Source of the DNA: Haliotis rubra
Lineage: Eukaryota
Reading direction: 5' to 3'
DNA length: 64,000 nucleotides
Assembly (NCBI RefSeq): GCF_003918875.1
Contig: NW_025766447.1
Span: 930,001 to 994,000 of the forward strand
Shown: in pieces, positions 40,845 to 51,880 of the stretch
Layout of the letters: the number at the start of each line of letters is the position of its first letter
How positions within the stretch are numbered: the first letter of the stretch is position 1
The notes under the pieces: model-generated
Told to the model about the DNA's origin: nothing
What the model saw: only the letters and a program-made list of their open reading frames with translations
The model's database searches: none
Made by a program: the position numbers and the translations under genes

Positions 40845-41170
40845 AAACATGTCTGTACTGTCCTGCAAATAGACCCCTTTCTTCGCCTTCTTTAAAAACG
40901 ATCAGAAAAAAAGATACCCAAACTCCAAAACAAACACGCAGGTACGCACATACTGCAGTACAATGTATACAGTTTTTACTTTCATGGTATACAGGCTACT
41001 AAGTAAATTTGTTCTGCATATGGGACTCAACTGACTTTATGCATGCTCGGTACATTCATTTCAATCATCTAATGGCAATATTCTTACTGTTGCTTTTACT
41101 GAAGACACTATCTGTACATAGAACCACAATCCAGATCAGCCACCATTTCTTCGAAATCATTCTTGCATAC

Positions 41171-41358
41171 GCCCATCTTGTATTGTCTGAACGACAGTTA
41201 TTGTGACGTCATCACATTCTGTCCATAACGTCATCATGACGTCATGCTTTTTATCACAGTTCAGGAAGTCGGGCGTCCACGATAGTACGCGCTCTTGAAC
41301 ACGGCTGCTGGTAGTGTTTACGCTCCCTCGCGTCCCAGTCACTACGCAGAGTAATCCA
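41171..41358 (-). CDS. Candidate upstream exon of the WSC-domain membrane protein
   Basis: Acceptor TTTCATCAG|, donor GGGC|GTATGC, open frame GLLCVVTGTRGSVNTTSS...TIQDG. The phase-1 end fits the 39540 exon. The start exon was not identified. Confidence 0.5.
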
Positions 41359-43027
41359 CTGATGAAATTTGAGTTATACGATAAGCTGAGATGATTGGGA
41401 TGATGATGGTTATTATATTTTTGCATACTCAGTGTTTGACCTCTTAATTCACTATTCAAAAGGGACATTTTCACAGGACCATAATATGGGTACATTGCAC
41501 GAAAATGGAGACATTTTCTCTGAAAAAACGAATAGGCGAATAAGGCGTTCTTGAATGTCGTTAAACACGATGAGTTATAATGCTAGCACTTGTAACAAGG
41601 GAGTGAGTTAATCCCATCAACGCTGAAACAGTACGATCGCCGAATGATGAAAACACTGACACTTCATGGGTTCATCGAGAACATCGGAGACCCACACATA
41701 AATGATTAAGACAGCAAATTATCTAGTGAGGATAATAATGGTCTATGTTCTATGTTGTTTTTTTGTCTTCTTGTGTCTTTTATTTTTTTATTTTCGAGGT
41801 TTCAGTTGGTATCAGCGATTTGCAACTACATGTATAGTGAATAACAACAACATGGAATCAGGTTTGGTCTTGCTTTTTATTTTCACACGCCTCGGGGTAG
41901 CGAAGTTATCGCAGTCTGAAATAACATCGTAAACATAAGGAGCTACACATGTTGTTCATTGTAACCCTTCGGTCCCAGGGACCTGTAGATTTAACTGCGC
42001 TATATTAAATTTGGAACCGAATCTACGTTTAGGAAACCTGGCAAAGTTCACCCATGTCACAAAAGAACTCACGTCTTAGCTAAGATTTGCGTCGCGAGAT
42101 AACATTGCCTTAGAGCTTCAAATACTATTTAATTTGGACCCCGGTGGAGTCCGACGTGGCCGTTAACATGTGGACGGTATTCACATAAATAGAACGAAAC
42201 AGTGAAACACAATGTCATGTTACAGTATCGCACATCACAACTTTTGATACAATTATATCTACACAGACAGAAACAATGAGACTGGAGTTCATTATAGAAC
42301 AGTAAACATAAAACACAACATAAAATCGTTTGCGCAGCTTTTCACGGACGTTTACCATAACTATGATCCCCATCAAAAGTTCAAACTCACTAGTGTACAT
42401 GTAGCCACTTACTTCAGGCAACTGTTTTAAACTAAATTTTGCAAAATATTCCATACTGTTTAAAGGTGTTGTTTAAACAAGAACTGATGTATTGTAAAAC
42501 AAATTCATAACGTTGAAAATATTATTGTTATTATGCGTTCAATAAATGATGAAACTCGGTTAAAAATGGCAAATGAACGCAACTGTTCACATGCAAGATA
42601 TTTGCATATACTTTTCAGCAGTTTGATGCATGATCCTCGTGCAATTAATCTGCATAAGGTTTGCAGTTGTTTCCCCCAAGTTAGTGGAGAAATTCATCTT
42701 CGTTGTAACCATATACATGTATACATACATAACATATAGTGAATGTTTTAGTGAGTCTAAACTGTTGATGGGTAGTATATTTCTAAATATCCGCTGAAGC
42801 GTACGTACAATATCTTACAGGACGTGGCAAGGGAAAGTTACACTCTCTATATTGTTACAAAATACCTCTTTATAATGGTCTCCATGCTCCACATTCCATG
42901 TACTCAATACAGGTCTTTACACTCAATGCAAACAGACTTTGAACAAATTAACAACGCATGCATTTCTTATTTAATTACACCCAAAGGGCACAAAGCCAAC
43001 CATTTCAACCACCAAAGACTGTACGAT

Positions 43028-43170
43028 TGAGTGAGTGAGTGTTGTTTTAAACTGCTTCCTGTCAAGGCGTGGGACCTCTGCATCACACATTGTGTTCGTA
43101 TCGGGTATTAAACCTTTGTTTACCACGTGACGAGTTATCGCCTTAACCAGTAGGCTACACCACAGCCCTA
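43028..43170 (-). mobile_element. Diverged SINE family A copy
   Basis: (GAGT)n tail, then CACACATTGT...GTGACGAG...TTAACCAGTAGGCTAC, the reverse complement of the SINE head. Confidence 0.6.
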
Positions 43171-43271
43171 AAGATAAACAAATACTAAGCTACTCAATCC
43201 TTAACAGGTAGGTGTTCGCCCCCTTAATAAAACACCTTTACATCACCATCGCTGCACTTTGAGCTTAATCT

Positions 43272-43453
43272 TGTGCAGTTGTGCGCAGTTGAGCCTTTTA
43301 TTTCAGAACCCATTACAACCTTCAAAACGTTCTTCACTAAAACCCGAGAGTTATTCCCCTTTTTCGGCGGCATACCGCTAAAGAAAACGGAGTTATCCCC
43401 CTTACACCAATGTTTAACTAAACATATTTTGTACCTTATTACCATATTTCACA
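43272..43453 (-). repeat. 3' LTR (182 bp)
   Basis: Direct repeat of 49580-49784; TGTGAAAT...ACTGCACA on the minus strand. Confidence 0.95.
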
Positions 43454-43468
43454 TCACTCCCCCTTCAC
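43454..43468 (-). other. Polypurine tract
   Basis: GAAGGGGGAGTGA immediately before the 3' LTR. Confidence 0.85.
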
Positions 43469-44716
43469 CAAGATGAGTACCACTCGAATGAATTCCAAAC
43501 AAGTAGATAATGTCTAAATACCCGAGGATAAGTGGCCACATTTTATCCCAAGGAACATATACATGATTATAGCATAAATTTTCAATACTACCCTGTGGCC
43601 ATGTGATCAGTATCACAACAGAGTAGGTATCAAAACAACTTATACATGATAGATTAGACGGTATGAAATACACTATTCTCATCATACAAGTTAAAAGCTA
43701 AGGAGTAATAGTGAAACATGGGATAATAAGTGAACATGGAGTTACAGTAATACCCAACATTTGTGTTTTTGACTTAAAAAGCCAGAAAACATTGTCAAAC
43801 TGGAAACTTTTCAACAAGAAACTATTTAAACATTAAATACAAATCTCAACACATATAAAAGAAATAGCAAACTCTGTGAACTTTAGATAAAAAATTAGAA
43901 ATAGCATTGATTCAAAATATCATTATCCGTGGATGAAGCATGACTGTTAGGATTGCCAGTACTAAACACACTCTATGAGAGTACAATGTGTATCACACAA
44001 TATCCAAGCTAGTTACTGCTTCTAGATAAAGACTTTGAAAAGCTGAATTATACTTTGACATTCAAAATATACATAATTTAACTCACTTCCAATGAAACTG
44101 AATTGAAGCAAAAATACCAAAGCTGTGTAATCTACACAATGTAATTATAGCCTTAGGCGTGTAATATCCATATGCTTCAATAGGTCTTCAAGTAATCATA
44201 GGAAACACTGAACCCATTCATCTTTCCAACATGGTACCAAAGTAACAGGCAACTTTCTGCTTATAAATGTTGCAACTTCAATATTAAAACATAAACTCTA
44301 TCAAAGCGTACTGCACAGAGATGAACAATAATATACTGCACTACAGTGTATAGTGACAATAGAACTTGGACATAAATGTAGTGTACAATACACAGTCCAT
44401 CACAGTACATCCTTCACTCTTGTAGCATTAACAATGCCAAAGAATATTTAAACCATGAAACAATTGAATTATGACAGCATTTATGATTTTTATGATTATG
44501 TTGTTTTGTTTTGTTTGTTTTTCTTTTGTTAATTGCTGGTAAAAAGAAAATGCACATTCCAACAACAATGTATACCATGGCAACAAACAATCATTCCAAT
44601 TCAAACATATAAGTGAGAAATGCACCATTCAATCCTGGAACCAGAAGTCACTCAACAAACTCTCTAAACATGTCAGAGTAGTGGACATTTTGAAGATATG
44701 TACATAAGCACTAAAG

Positions 44717-45950
44717 TCATTTTCTTCGACTTTTTCTGTCGGTTGGTAATTTGTCATGCAAAGATTTAACAAGCTGCTGACAAGCAGGTGTCAGGTCATG
44801 GAATGGCACCCAAAAATTGTCTTTGTTACTGTAACCTAACCATTTCACACGGTACTGCCATGTAGAGTTCAGAAATCTTTTCCTGAGTATTCTCTCAATT
44901 TCATATTGAGTGTCACTGTTGGTGTCATTGTCATTACTGGATTCTACTGAATCCCTCTGGCTGCAAGACTCCGGTAACTCTTCGACACCTAGGATGGCAG
45001 GCTCCACACTGTCTATGTTGACCGGAGGTGTCGGATCCTCTGGGCGATCAACTCGTAAAAGTCCATGTTTTAGACGATTAACATGGATTCGGTTGCGGAT
45101 CAGCAGTCCATCAGATTTCTTTCTCACTTTGACATGTATGTCGGACAACTTCTCTACAATATAATAGGGCCCTGCCCAGGGACGGAGCAATTTCCGTGTT
45201 TGACCGGTAACTAACACAGGGCGATAGATGAAGACTGTATCACCCACTCTGAATTTGGGGGAATGTTCTCTGTCCGCTGATCTCACTGCCATGGCTTCCT
45301 TGCGATCACTAATATTCTGAATCGCTACTTTCCGTGCAATTTCCACACCCTCTACAAGTTCAGTGATATAAGATTGAGCTGTTTTGGGAATATCAAGATT
45401 TGGACTGATTGCAAGTTCAAGGAAACTCCTCGGATAGCGTCCATACACAAGAAAGAATGGAGAGTATTCGGTACTCTCCAGACATGGGGTTATATTGTAG
45501 GAGTACTGTATGAAAGGAATAAGTCTGTCCCACTGGTCATGGGCGTCGTCCACATATTTAGACAATGATGCTAAGATTGTCGACATCATTCTCTCACTCT
45601 GGCCGTTGCATGCGGGATGATAGCTCGTGGTCTGTGTTTTCTGCACATCCAACAATTTACAGGTTTCTTTCACAATGTTGCTCAAATAATTTGTGCCTCT
45701 ATCAGAGTGTAGAAACTGAGGTAGACCATGGCGACAAATTACATTATTTACAAACTGAGTAGCAACTGTTCTTGCTTTGATGTCACTGAGGGGAATGAGT
45801 TCTACATATTTGGTGAGGTAATCAATGAAAACTAACACATATTGATTACCACTGGTCTTGCACTTCGGTAGGGGTCCCAGAATGTCTGTACTGATGTGCT
45901 GAAAGGGCTGTGTGGCTACTGGCATAGGTGTAAGTTTGGCTTTAGTGGCT
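44717..45950 (-). pseudogene. pol: pol part 3: integrase core (DDE), GPY/F motif and C-terminal chromodomain
   Basis: HISTDILGPLP, LHSDRGTNY, NGQSERM, PWAGPYYI, then YEIERILRKR...YRVKWLGYSNKDNFWVPFHDL. Separated from the upstream pol by a frameshift near 45950. Confidence 0.93.
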
Positions 45951-48153
45951 TTTCTCGGGGGCGCTTACGTTGACAACAAACAGTGCAGGACTTAACCCAG
46001 TTTATGATGTCCTTGTACATTGTTGGCCCAAAGAAAGATTGGTTAGTCTTATGGATGGTTCTGTTGATACCCGTATGACCTCCTGTAAGAGGGTGATCAT
46101 GGGTTGATTTCATAACTGTATTTCTCAGAGTCTCTGGAACTGCGATTTGCACAGTTGTTCTGTTGACACGAGGTCCTTTGCCCTTATGTGTTGACACATG
46201 GTATAACACATCATCTTGTAGGAAGTACTCCGAACTGCCCAAGAATATCTTCTGGCGCACCTTGTCATCTTCCAGTATAACTCCACTAGACAGATACGTA
46301 ATTATAGCATTTAAGTAACTGTCTTGTCGCTGTGAAGTTTTGAGAGTGTCACATGACCATAACTGTGATGCAACAGAAGCAGCCTTCTGGTTGTCAAGGT
46401 TACGTTTAGTTGGTACTTTTAGACATTTTGGACTGGGATATTCATGAGACACTCTGTTCTGTGTGATGCATTTCACATTGAAGTATGGTAGTACTTCCCA
46501 GTTAGAGTCTAACTCATCACCATTCTCTTCAACACCATATTCACGACGACTTACCCCATCAGCATTACCATGTGACTGTCCCTGGCGATACTTGATATCA
46601 AAACTGTATGACTGCAACATGGCAATCCACCTGGCAAACTTGCCTACAGGTTCCTTCATGGAAAATAACCACTTTAGTGCAGAGTGGTCAACAACAGCAG
46701 TGAACTTAGAGTATCTCAAATAACTATCAAACTGCTTCACAGAATACACCAATGCCAAACATTCTTTCTCTGTGATTCCATAATTTTTCTCAGAGTGTGA
46801 CAAAGAACGTCCAACATATGAAATCACACGTTCCTCTCCATTTTGAGTCTGACAGAGAACACCACCTATAGAGAATGAACTTGCGTCTGTATACACAGTA
46901 TATGGAACTGATGGCATGGGGTAAGCAGGTACCGGTGCAGTGATGAGTGATTGCTTAAGTTTATCCATAGCATCTTGACAATCTGAAGTCCAGTGGAAAT
47001 CAACACCTTTCCTGGTAAGTTCATATAACGGTGCTGCAGTCTCTGCATATCCAGGAATAAATTTGCGGTAATAACCAGACAAACCCCAAAAGGCTCTCAA
47101 ATCCTTCAAACATTTTGGTGTGGGATATGTTGAAACAGCTTCAACTTTGCGTGGATCTGGCGATATACCGGTTGAACTTACAATATGTCCAAGGTATCTT
47201 ATCTCAGACTGAGCAAAATAGCACTTTCCTGGATGAAGTTTTAAGTTAGCAGCTTGGAGGCGATCAAGCACTTCTCTGATGTGTTGTAGATGATCGTCAA
47301 AAGTATGGCTAAATATAATAACATCGTCCAAATACACCAGACAGTGTTTCCAAGATAATCCTCTCAAAACTGCCTCCATTAATCTCTGAAATGTCGCTGG
47401 ACTATTCTTAAGTCCCATAGGTAAGCGCCGAAATTGATATAAGCCAAGATGACACCTCCACGCTGTATATGGTCGAGAGTCTGGATGAATCTCAACTTGG
47501 TAGAAGCCACTTTTAAGATCCAATGAGGTGAAGTAACTGGGATTATCTGTACCAATACTTTCCAAAGCATCAGAAGTGGTTGGTATCGGGTGGGCATCCA
47601 AAAGTGTGCAATCATTCAGCCGGCGAAAGTCTGTGACAAAACGAAATGATTTATTGTCTTGTTTACTTACAAGCAGACATGGTGCTGCCCAGGGACTAGT
47701 AGACTCCTCTATGATGCCTTGGTCAAGCATATCTTCCACCATACGTTCCATGACTTCTTTCTGTTTAGCGCCTAGTTTGTATGCACGTTGTCTAATGGGA
47801 GGTTGATCAGATGATATCTCGATATGGTGTTGTAAGAGATCACAACACCCAAGTTTGTTGTCTGCTCCAACAAAAGAGGATTCATATTCTGAGAGCAATC
47901 GCTTAAGTTGAACAGTTTGTTCTTCTGTAAGGTCAGAGGAAATATTAGTGTCAATGTGAGAATGTTCAGTCTGTGGATGTTGAGAGCCATGACTGGTTGT
48001 ATGCGACTCATTTGTTTCATTTTCCCCTACCACTGTTGAAATAATGTCTTTCTGGGACAAACATACAAACTTTCCAACCACTGAACCCTTTGGAATAGTA
48101 ATTGTGTCATTGGAGAAATTACACACTGCTTGATACACTTTAGAATCATGTAC
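45916..48153 (-). pseudogene. pol: pol part 2: reverse transcriptase, RNase H and integrase HHCC zinc finger
   Basis: SPWAAP, DFRRLN, LDLKSGFYQV, LPMGLKNSPATFQR, VYLDDVII; TDAS, EKECLA, DHSAL, NADGVSR; HDHPLTGGH...CTVC. Confidence 0.96.
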
Positions 48154-48759
48154 TTAAGAGAGTGATTTTGCTGTTAGCAAACCTGTGGAAGCTAACATAT
48201 CTGAACTGGTAACAAGTCCATCAACACAGTCTGGGAGTGATGTCCCTTTGATACGTGTTACCATGACAATTTCCGAACATGGGGGTACAGAAACGTTACC
48301 GTCCGTAACAAGGTACCGCCTTGGATCCATATGCATGGTACCACTTCCAAAGTCAACTTTCACATTATGTTCTCTCAAGAAAAAAAACCCAAGAGTAATT
48401 TCAGGTTTGAGACCAACCACAACATTCCACAAAATGTTGACCTCAGTACCAGCTATTATGAGACGAAGATAACCTGTGCCGACAACACTAACCTTTTCAT
48501 TGTTAGCTGTCACAATAAACTTGTTTTCAAACCTTTCATTTAAGGAACCTCCTAATTTAGCAAATGTCTCATCATTTATCACACAGAAGTCTGCACCACT
48601 GTCCAGTAATGCAAATAATTTCAACCTATTTACAGTCACTTGTACAAAATTTCTCAACAAGCTACATTCTGCGTGCAGATTACCTATTAACTTCCTCTTC
48701 CCTCCTTTCAAATCTCCAGCCAGCGGGGAAGTATCACTAGAGCATACTAGTTTGGATGA
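48154..48759 (-). pseudogene. pol: pol part 1: aspartic protease plus spacer, ending in a premature in-frame TAA
   Basis: ALLDSGADFCVI and ITLGFFFL protease motifs. The TAA at 48154-48156 is in frame with the RT ORF. This frame is -1 relative to gag and opens ~10 nt before the gag stop. Confidence 0.9.
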
Positions 48760-49550
48760 TTACCCGAACTGCCACGGGGCTGTCTCTCTGACAAGCAGTG
48801 TTTGGCCAAATGATTGAACCCACCACATTGGTAACACTTGAAACCTTGTGGCTTGTCTTGTCTTGACTTTCTTGTGTATCGGTAACACTGTCTGGCCTCA
48901 TGACCACTTTTACTGCACAACTGGCATACTGTTGTTGATAGGGCAGCTATGGAGGGTGGTTTATCAAAGGACAGAGACTTCAATTGATCTTTCAAAGCTG
49001 ACACTTCTGATGTCAATGCGTCTATGGCATATTTCTCTGGAAATGCTTGGGTATGACTGGGTTGTGTCAATACCTGACTCTCATGTACTAATCGTGCATG
49101 TTGGATTGCATCTGTGAGCGTTGCAGGTCTGTGTTGCATAACCGGACCACGCAGGATAGGTTTCAACCCTCTGATAAAGATAGAGAGTTTATCATGTTCA
49201 GTCTTATTTAAACGTGAGCATTTCTGTTGAACGTCTGCTATGTAAGATTCAAGCGATTCCCCATCAAGCATCGTGCGATCCCACAACTGTTGTTCCAACA
49301 GCCATGTACTTTGACCACGGACAAAGTGTTCATTAAAGTGGTAAAAAAGTCTGTCTTTACTTTGTTTTACATGATCAGGCAAATCCAGAAACCATTGCAA
49401 AGCAGCGTCCTCCAGACACAACAACATAACTGATCCGTATTGATCATCACGATACCTCTGAATTGCCGCCCATGCTTCAAATTTCCGTAGCCAGGTAGCG
49501 CCATCTTCGTTTGGCAATCCGCGGTAACGTTCAAGTTTAATTTGGCTCAT
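48747..49550 (-). CDS. gag: Gag (capsid-like region plus two CCHC zinc knuckles)
   Basis: The true start is MSQIKLERYRG at 49550, just after the PBS. Contains GESLESY, FIRGLKP, CQLCSKSGHEARQC and CYQCGGFNHLAKHC. Confidence 0.92.
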   Translation of the reverse strand: MSQIKLERYRGLPNEDGATWLRKFEAWAAIQRYRDDQYGSVMLLCLEDAALQWFLDLPDHVKQSKDRLFYHFNEHFVRGQSTWLLEQQLWDRTMLDGESLESYIADVQQKCSRLNKTEHDKLSIFIRGLKPILRGPVMQHRPATLTDAIQHARLVHESQVLTQPSHTQAFPEKYAIDALTSEVSALKDQLKSLSFDKPPSIAALSTTVCQLCSKSGHEARQCYRYTRKSRQDKPQGFKCYQCGGFNHLAKHCLSERQPRGSSGNHPN

Positions 49551-49564
49551 ATTTGGATCGTTTT

Positions 49565-49577
49565 GGCATCTCCACCA
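49565..49577 (-). other. Primer binding site complementary to the tRNA-Ala 3' end
   Basis: TGGTGGAGATGCC lies 2 nt inside the 5' LTR boundary and is complementary to ...GGCAUCUCCACCA, which I recall as the eukaryotic tRNA-Ala 3' end. Confidence 0.82.
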
Positions 49578-49579
49578 CG

Positions 49580-49784
49580 TGTGCAGTTGTGCGCAGTTGT
49601 GCTCAGTTGAGCCTTTTATTTCAGAACCCATTACAACCTTCAAAACGTCCTTCACAAAAACCCGAGAGTTATTCCCCTTTTTCGGCGGCATGCTCAACTT
49701 GCATACCGCTAAAGAAAACGGAGTTATCTCCCTTACACCAATGTTTAACTAAACATATTTTGTACCTCATTACCATATTTCACA
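49580..49784 (-). repeat. 5' LTR (205 bp)
   Basis: Differs from the 3' LTR by ~4 substitutions plus 10-bp and 13-bp insertions. Confidence 0.95.
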
Positions 49785-51354
49785 ATCTCCATGCTGTACA
49801 AATCGTCATTTTATTGGCTTTTCATATTTTGTTAGCTTGGTGTGAATGTTGTACGATAAACAGAAAAGTAGTTAATGTTCAGTTACTGTTCTTTTCACAT
49901 ATTCAAGTAATATTCCTTTACAGTCTGTCTTTAGCATTTCCTCAGAATATAAACGAACCTCCATTTGGTGTTGGTAGCAATTAATGAGATTGTTGTCGCA
50001 TAATGGACAATGAAAGAACTTTCTTCATTTTTCATAATACTTATTGCTAATTTACAGGGTCAGTCTTTATTCTCTTTGATAAAATTCAAATCTTCCTTTC
50101 TGGATAGAAGTAATAGCTCTTGCATTACTGTTATTATTATTAAGGTTGTTAAGCGTGCTGTAACACGATCCATCTTGTGTCCAAGGTTATGCCCTAAATT
50201 GTTAATGTTGCATACTTACTCCTTAAATGTATCTGATTTATGATATTGCATGCATTGATGTATGGAAGATATTATGATGATATATTACTGGCCCATGCGT
50301 CTGAGCCATAGCAAATCACCGTGCAGAGTTGCGTCTCTTTGGCACGCCGCAAACCTATGGTCGTTGGTTCGAATTCCGTGTCGCTGATATTATGTTTCTT
50401 GGCTTGTCAGCACTATACCAGTAACTGCAGGCTTCACCACAGCGGTAAATGCACGAGATCTGCGTCAAGTCGGGCTTTCCTTTCTATGTACTGTCAGGCG
50501 CAGAAGCTGTTCAGTGTCTGGCTAACAGGCGCAGTGTTTGTTACGGTTTGCTGTCTATCTTAATGGCGTCTTGCCCTACTTCAGTGTATAGTGACCATCA
50601 ACCAGATATGTTGACTTTCTTTGTTATCTTTTATCCCCTATAGGACAGTTACTGTAATCACATAGATATTGATTTGCTCGAAATGTAAAAGGTTCTCGTT
50701 GCATCATGTATTGTGGCTCGACTGGACGTAAACGTTATCCAAGCAAGATCACAGTGTTCAATACAAGACAAATCTTATGGATAATAACTTCTTTATTTAC
50801 TCTTTTTTTTCACAACGTTTCTGGGCTAGTTCTTGCCCCTTCTTCACAGTGGTCAAGTCTAACTTCGATTGACCTGGGCTGCGCCAAGTTTATAATTATT
50901 GGAAGTAACACCTACCATCCCATTGTGGTTATTGTAAAATGATGCAGGTGTAAGATATGTGCACTTTGGTGAAGCACATCATGGTATGGTGCATATGGAG
51001 GCATAATAATCAGGTACATTCCAGGATCAGCGACTGGATGTCTGGCAGCTACAGGGAAGGAGCTCTTCAAGTGAACTGTTGATCACCACAGATGACTCAC
51101 ATTGCAGCAACTTCTCTAAATGCTGAACAATGTCAGACACACAAATAAGGACACATAACTACAAAATATTATAAGAGATATTTTATTTCACTAGATGAGT
51201 TACGTGCATAAAATTATTGGATTGTTTAGATAATGTCTAACATCTGCATATTTCATAAGAATTTGTACAACTTTACCCCCTCGTTCCTAGAACTACAGAA
51301 TCATGTATCTCACTGGTAGTTGTCCATATCAAGATGATCAGGGTAACTGACAGC

Positions 51355-51880
51355 AGTCCACACAAAGATAATCCATGTCGACAACTGCAAGTGGTCCACA
51401 CAAAGATAATCCATGTCGACAACTGCAAGTGGTCCACACAAAGATAATCCATGTCGACAACTGCAACTGGTCCACACAAAGATTATCCAAGTCAACAACT
51501 GCAAGGGGTCCACACAAAGATAATCCATGTCGACAACTGGCAGCGTTCCACACAAATATAATCCATGTCGACAACTGGCAGTGTTCCACACAAATATAAT
51601 CCATGTCGACAACTGGCAGCGTTCCACACAAAGATAATCCATGTCGAAAACTGCAAGTGTTCCACACAAAGATAATCCATGTCAAGTGGTCCACACAAAG
51701 ATAAAACTGGCAACTGGCAGCGTTCCACACAAAGATAATCCATGTCGACAACTGCAAATGGTCCACACAAAGATAATCCAAGTCAACAACTGCAACTGGT
51801 CCACACAAAGATAATCCAAGTCGACAACTGCAAGTGGTCCACACAAAGATAATCCATGTTGACAACTGCCAGAGGTCCAC
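51355..51880. repeat. 38-bp minisatellite (GTCCACACAAAGATAATCCATGTCGACAACTGCAAGTG) x~13
   Basis: Directly visible; it decays further to ~52070. Confidence 0.95.

Larger units (their letters stand above)
43272..49784 (-). mobile_element. Full-length Ty3/Gypsy LTR retrotransposon with chromodomain integrase; this copy is disabled
   Basis: Two TG...CA LTRs, 4-bp TSD ATCT (43268-43271 and 49785-49788), PBS, PPT and gag-PR-RT-RH-IN domain order. Confidence 0.97.

Noticed and set aside
43469-44716. env-like third ORF in the Gypsy element
   Set aside because: There is no long ORF or signal/TM pattern on either strand.
49551-49697. N-terminal extension of the gag ORF (MSMPPKKGNN...)
   Set aside because: It runs through the LTR and PBS. 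The plausible start is the ATG at 49550.
50355-50385. Isolated Pol III B-box-like GGTTCGAATTCC
   Set aside because: No matching A box or cloverleaf could be built.
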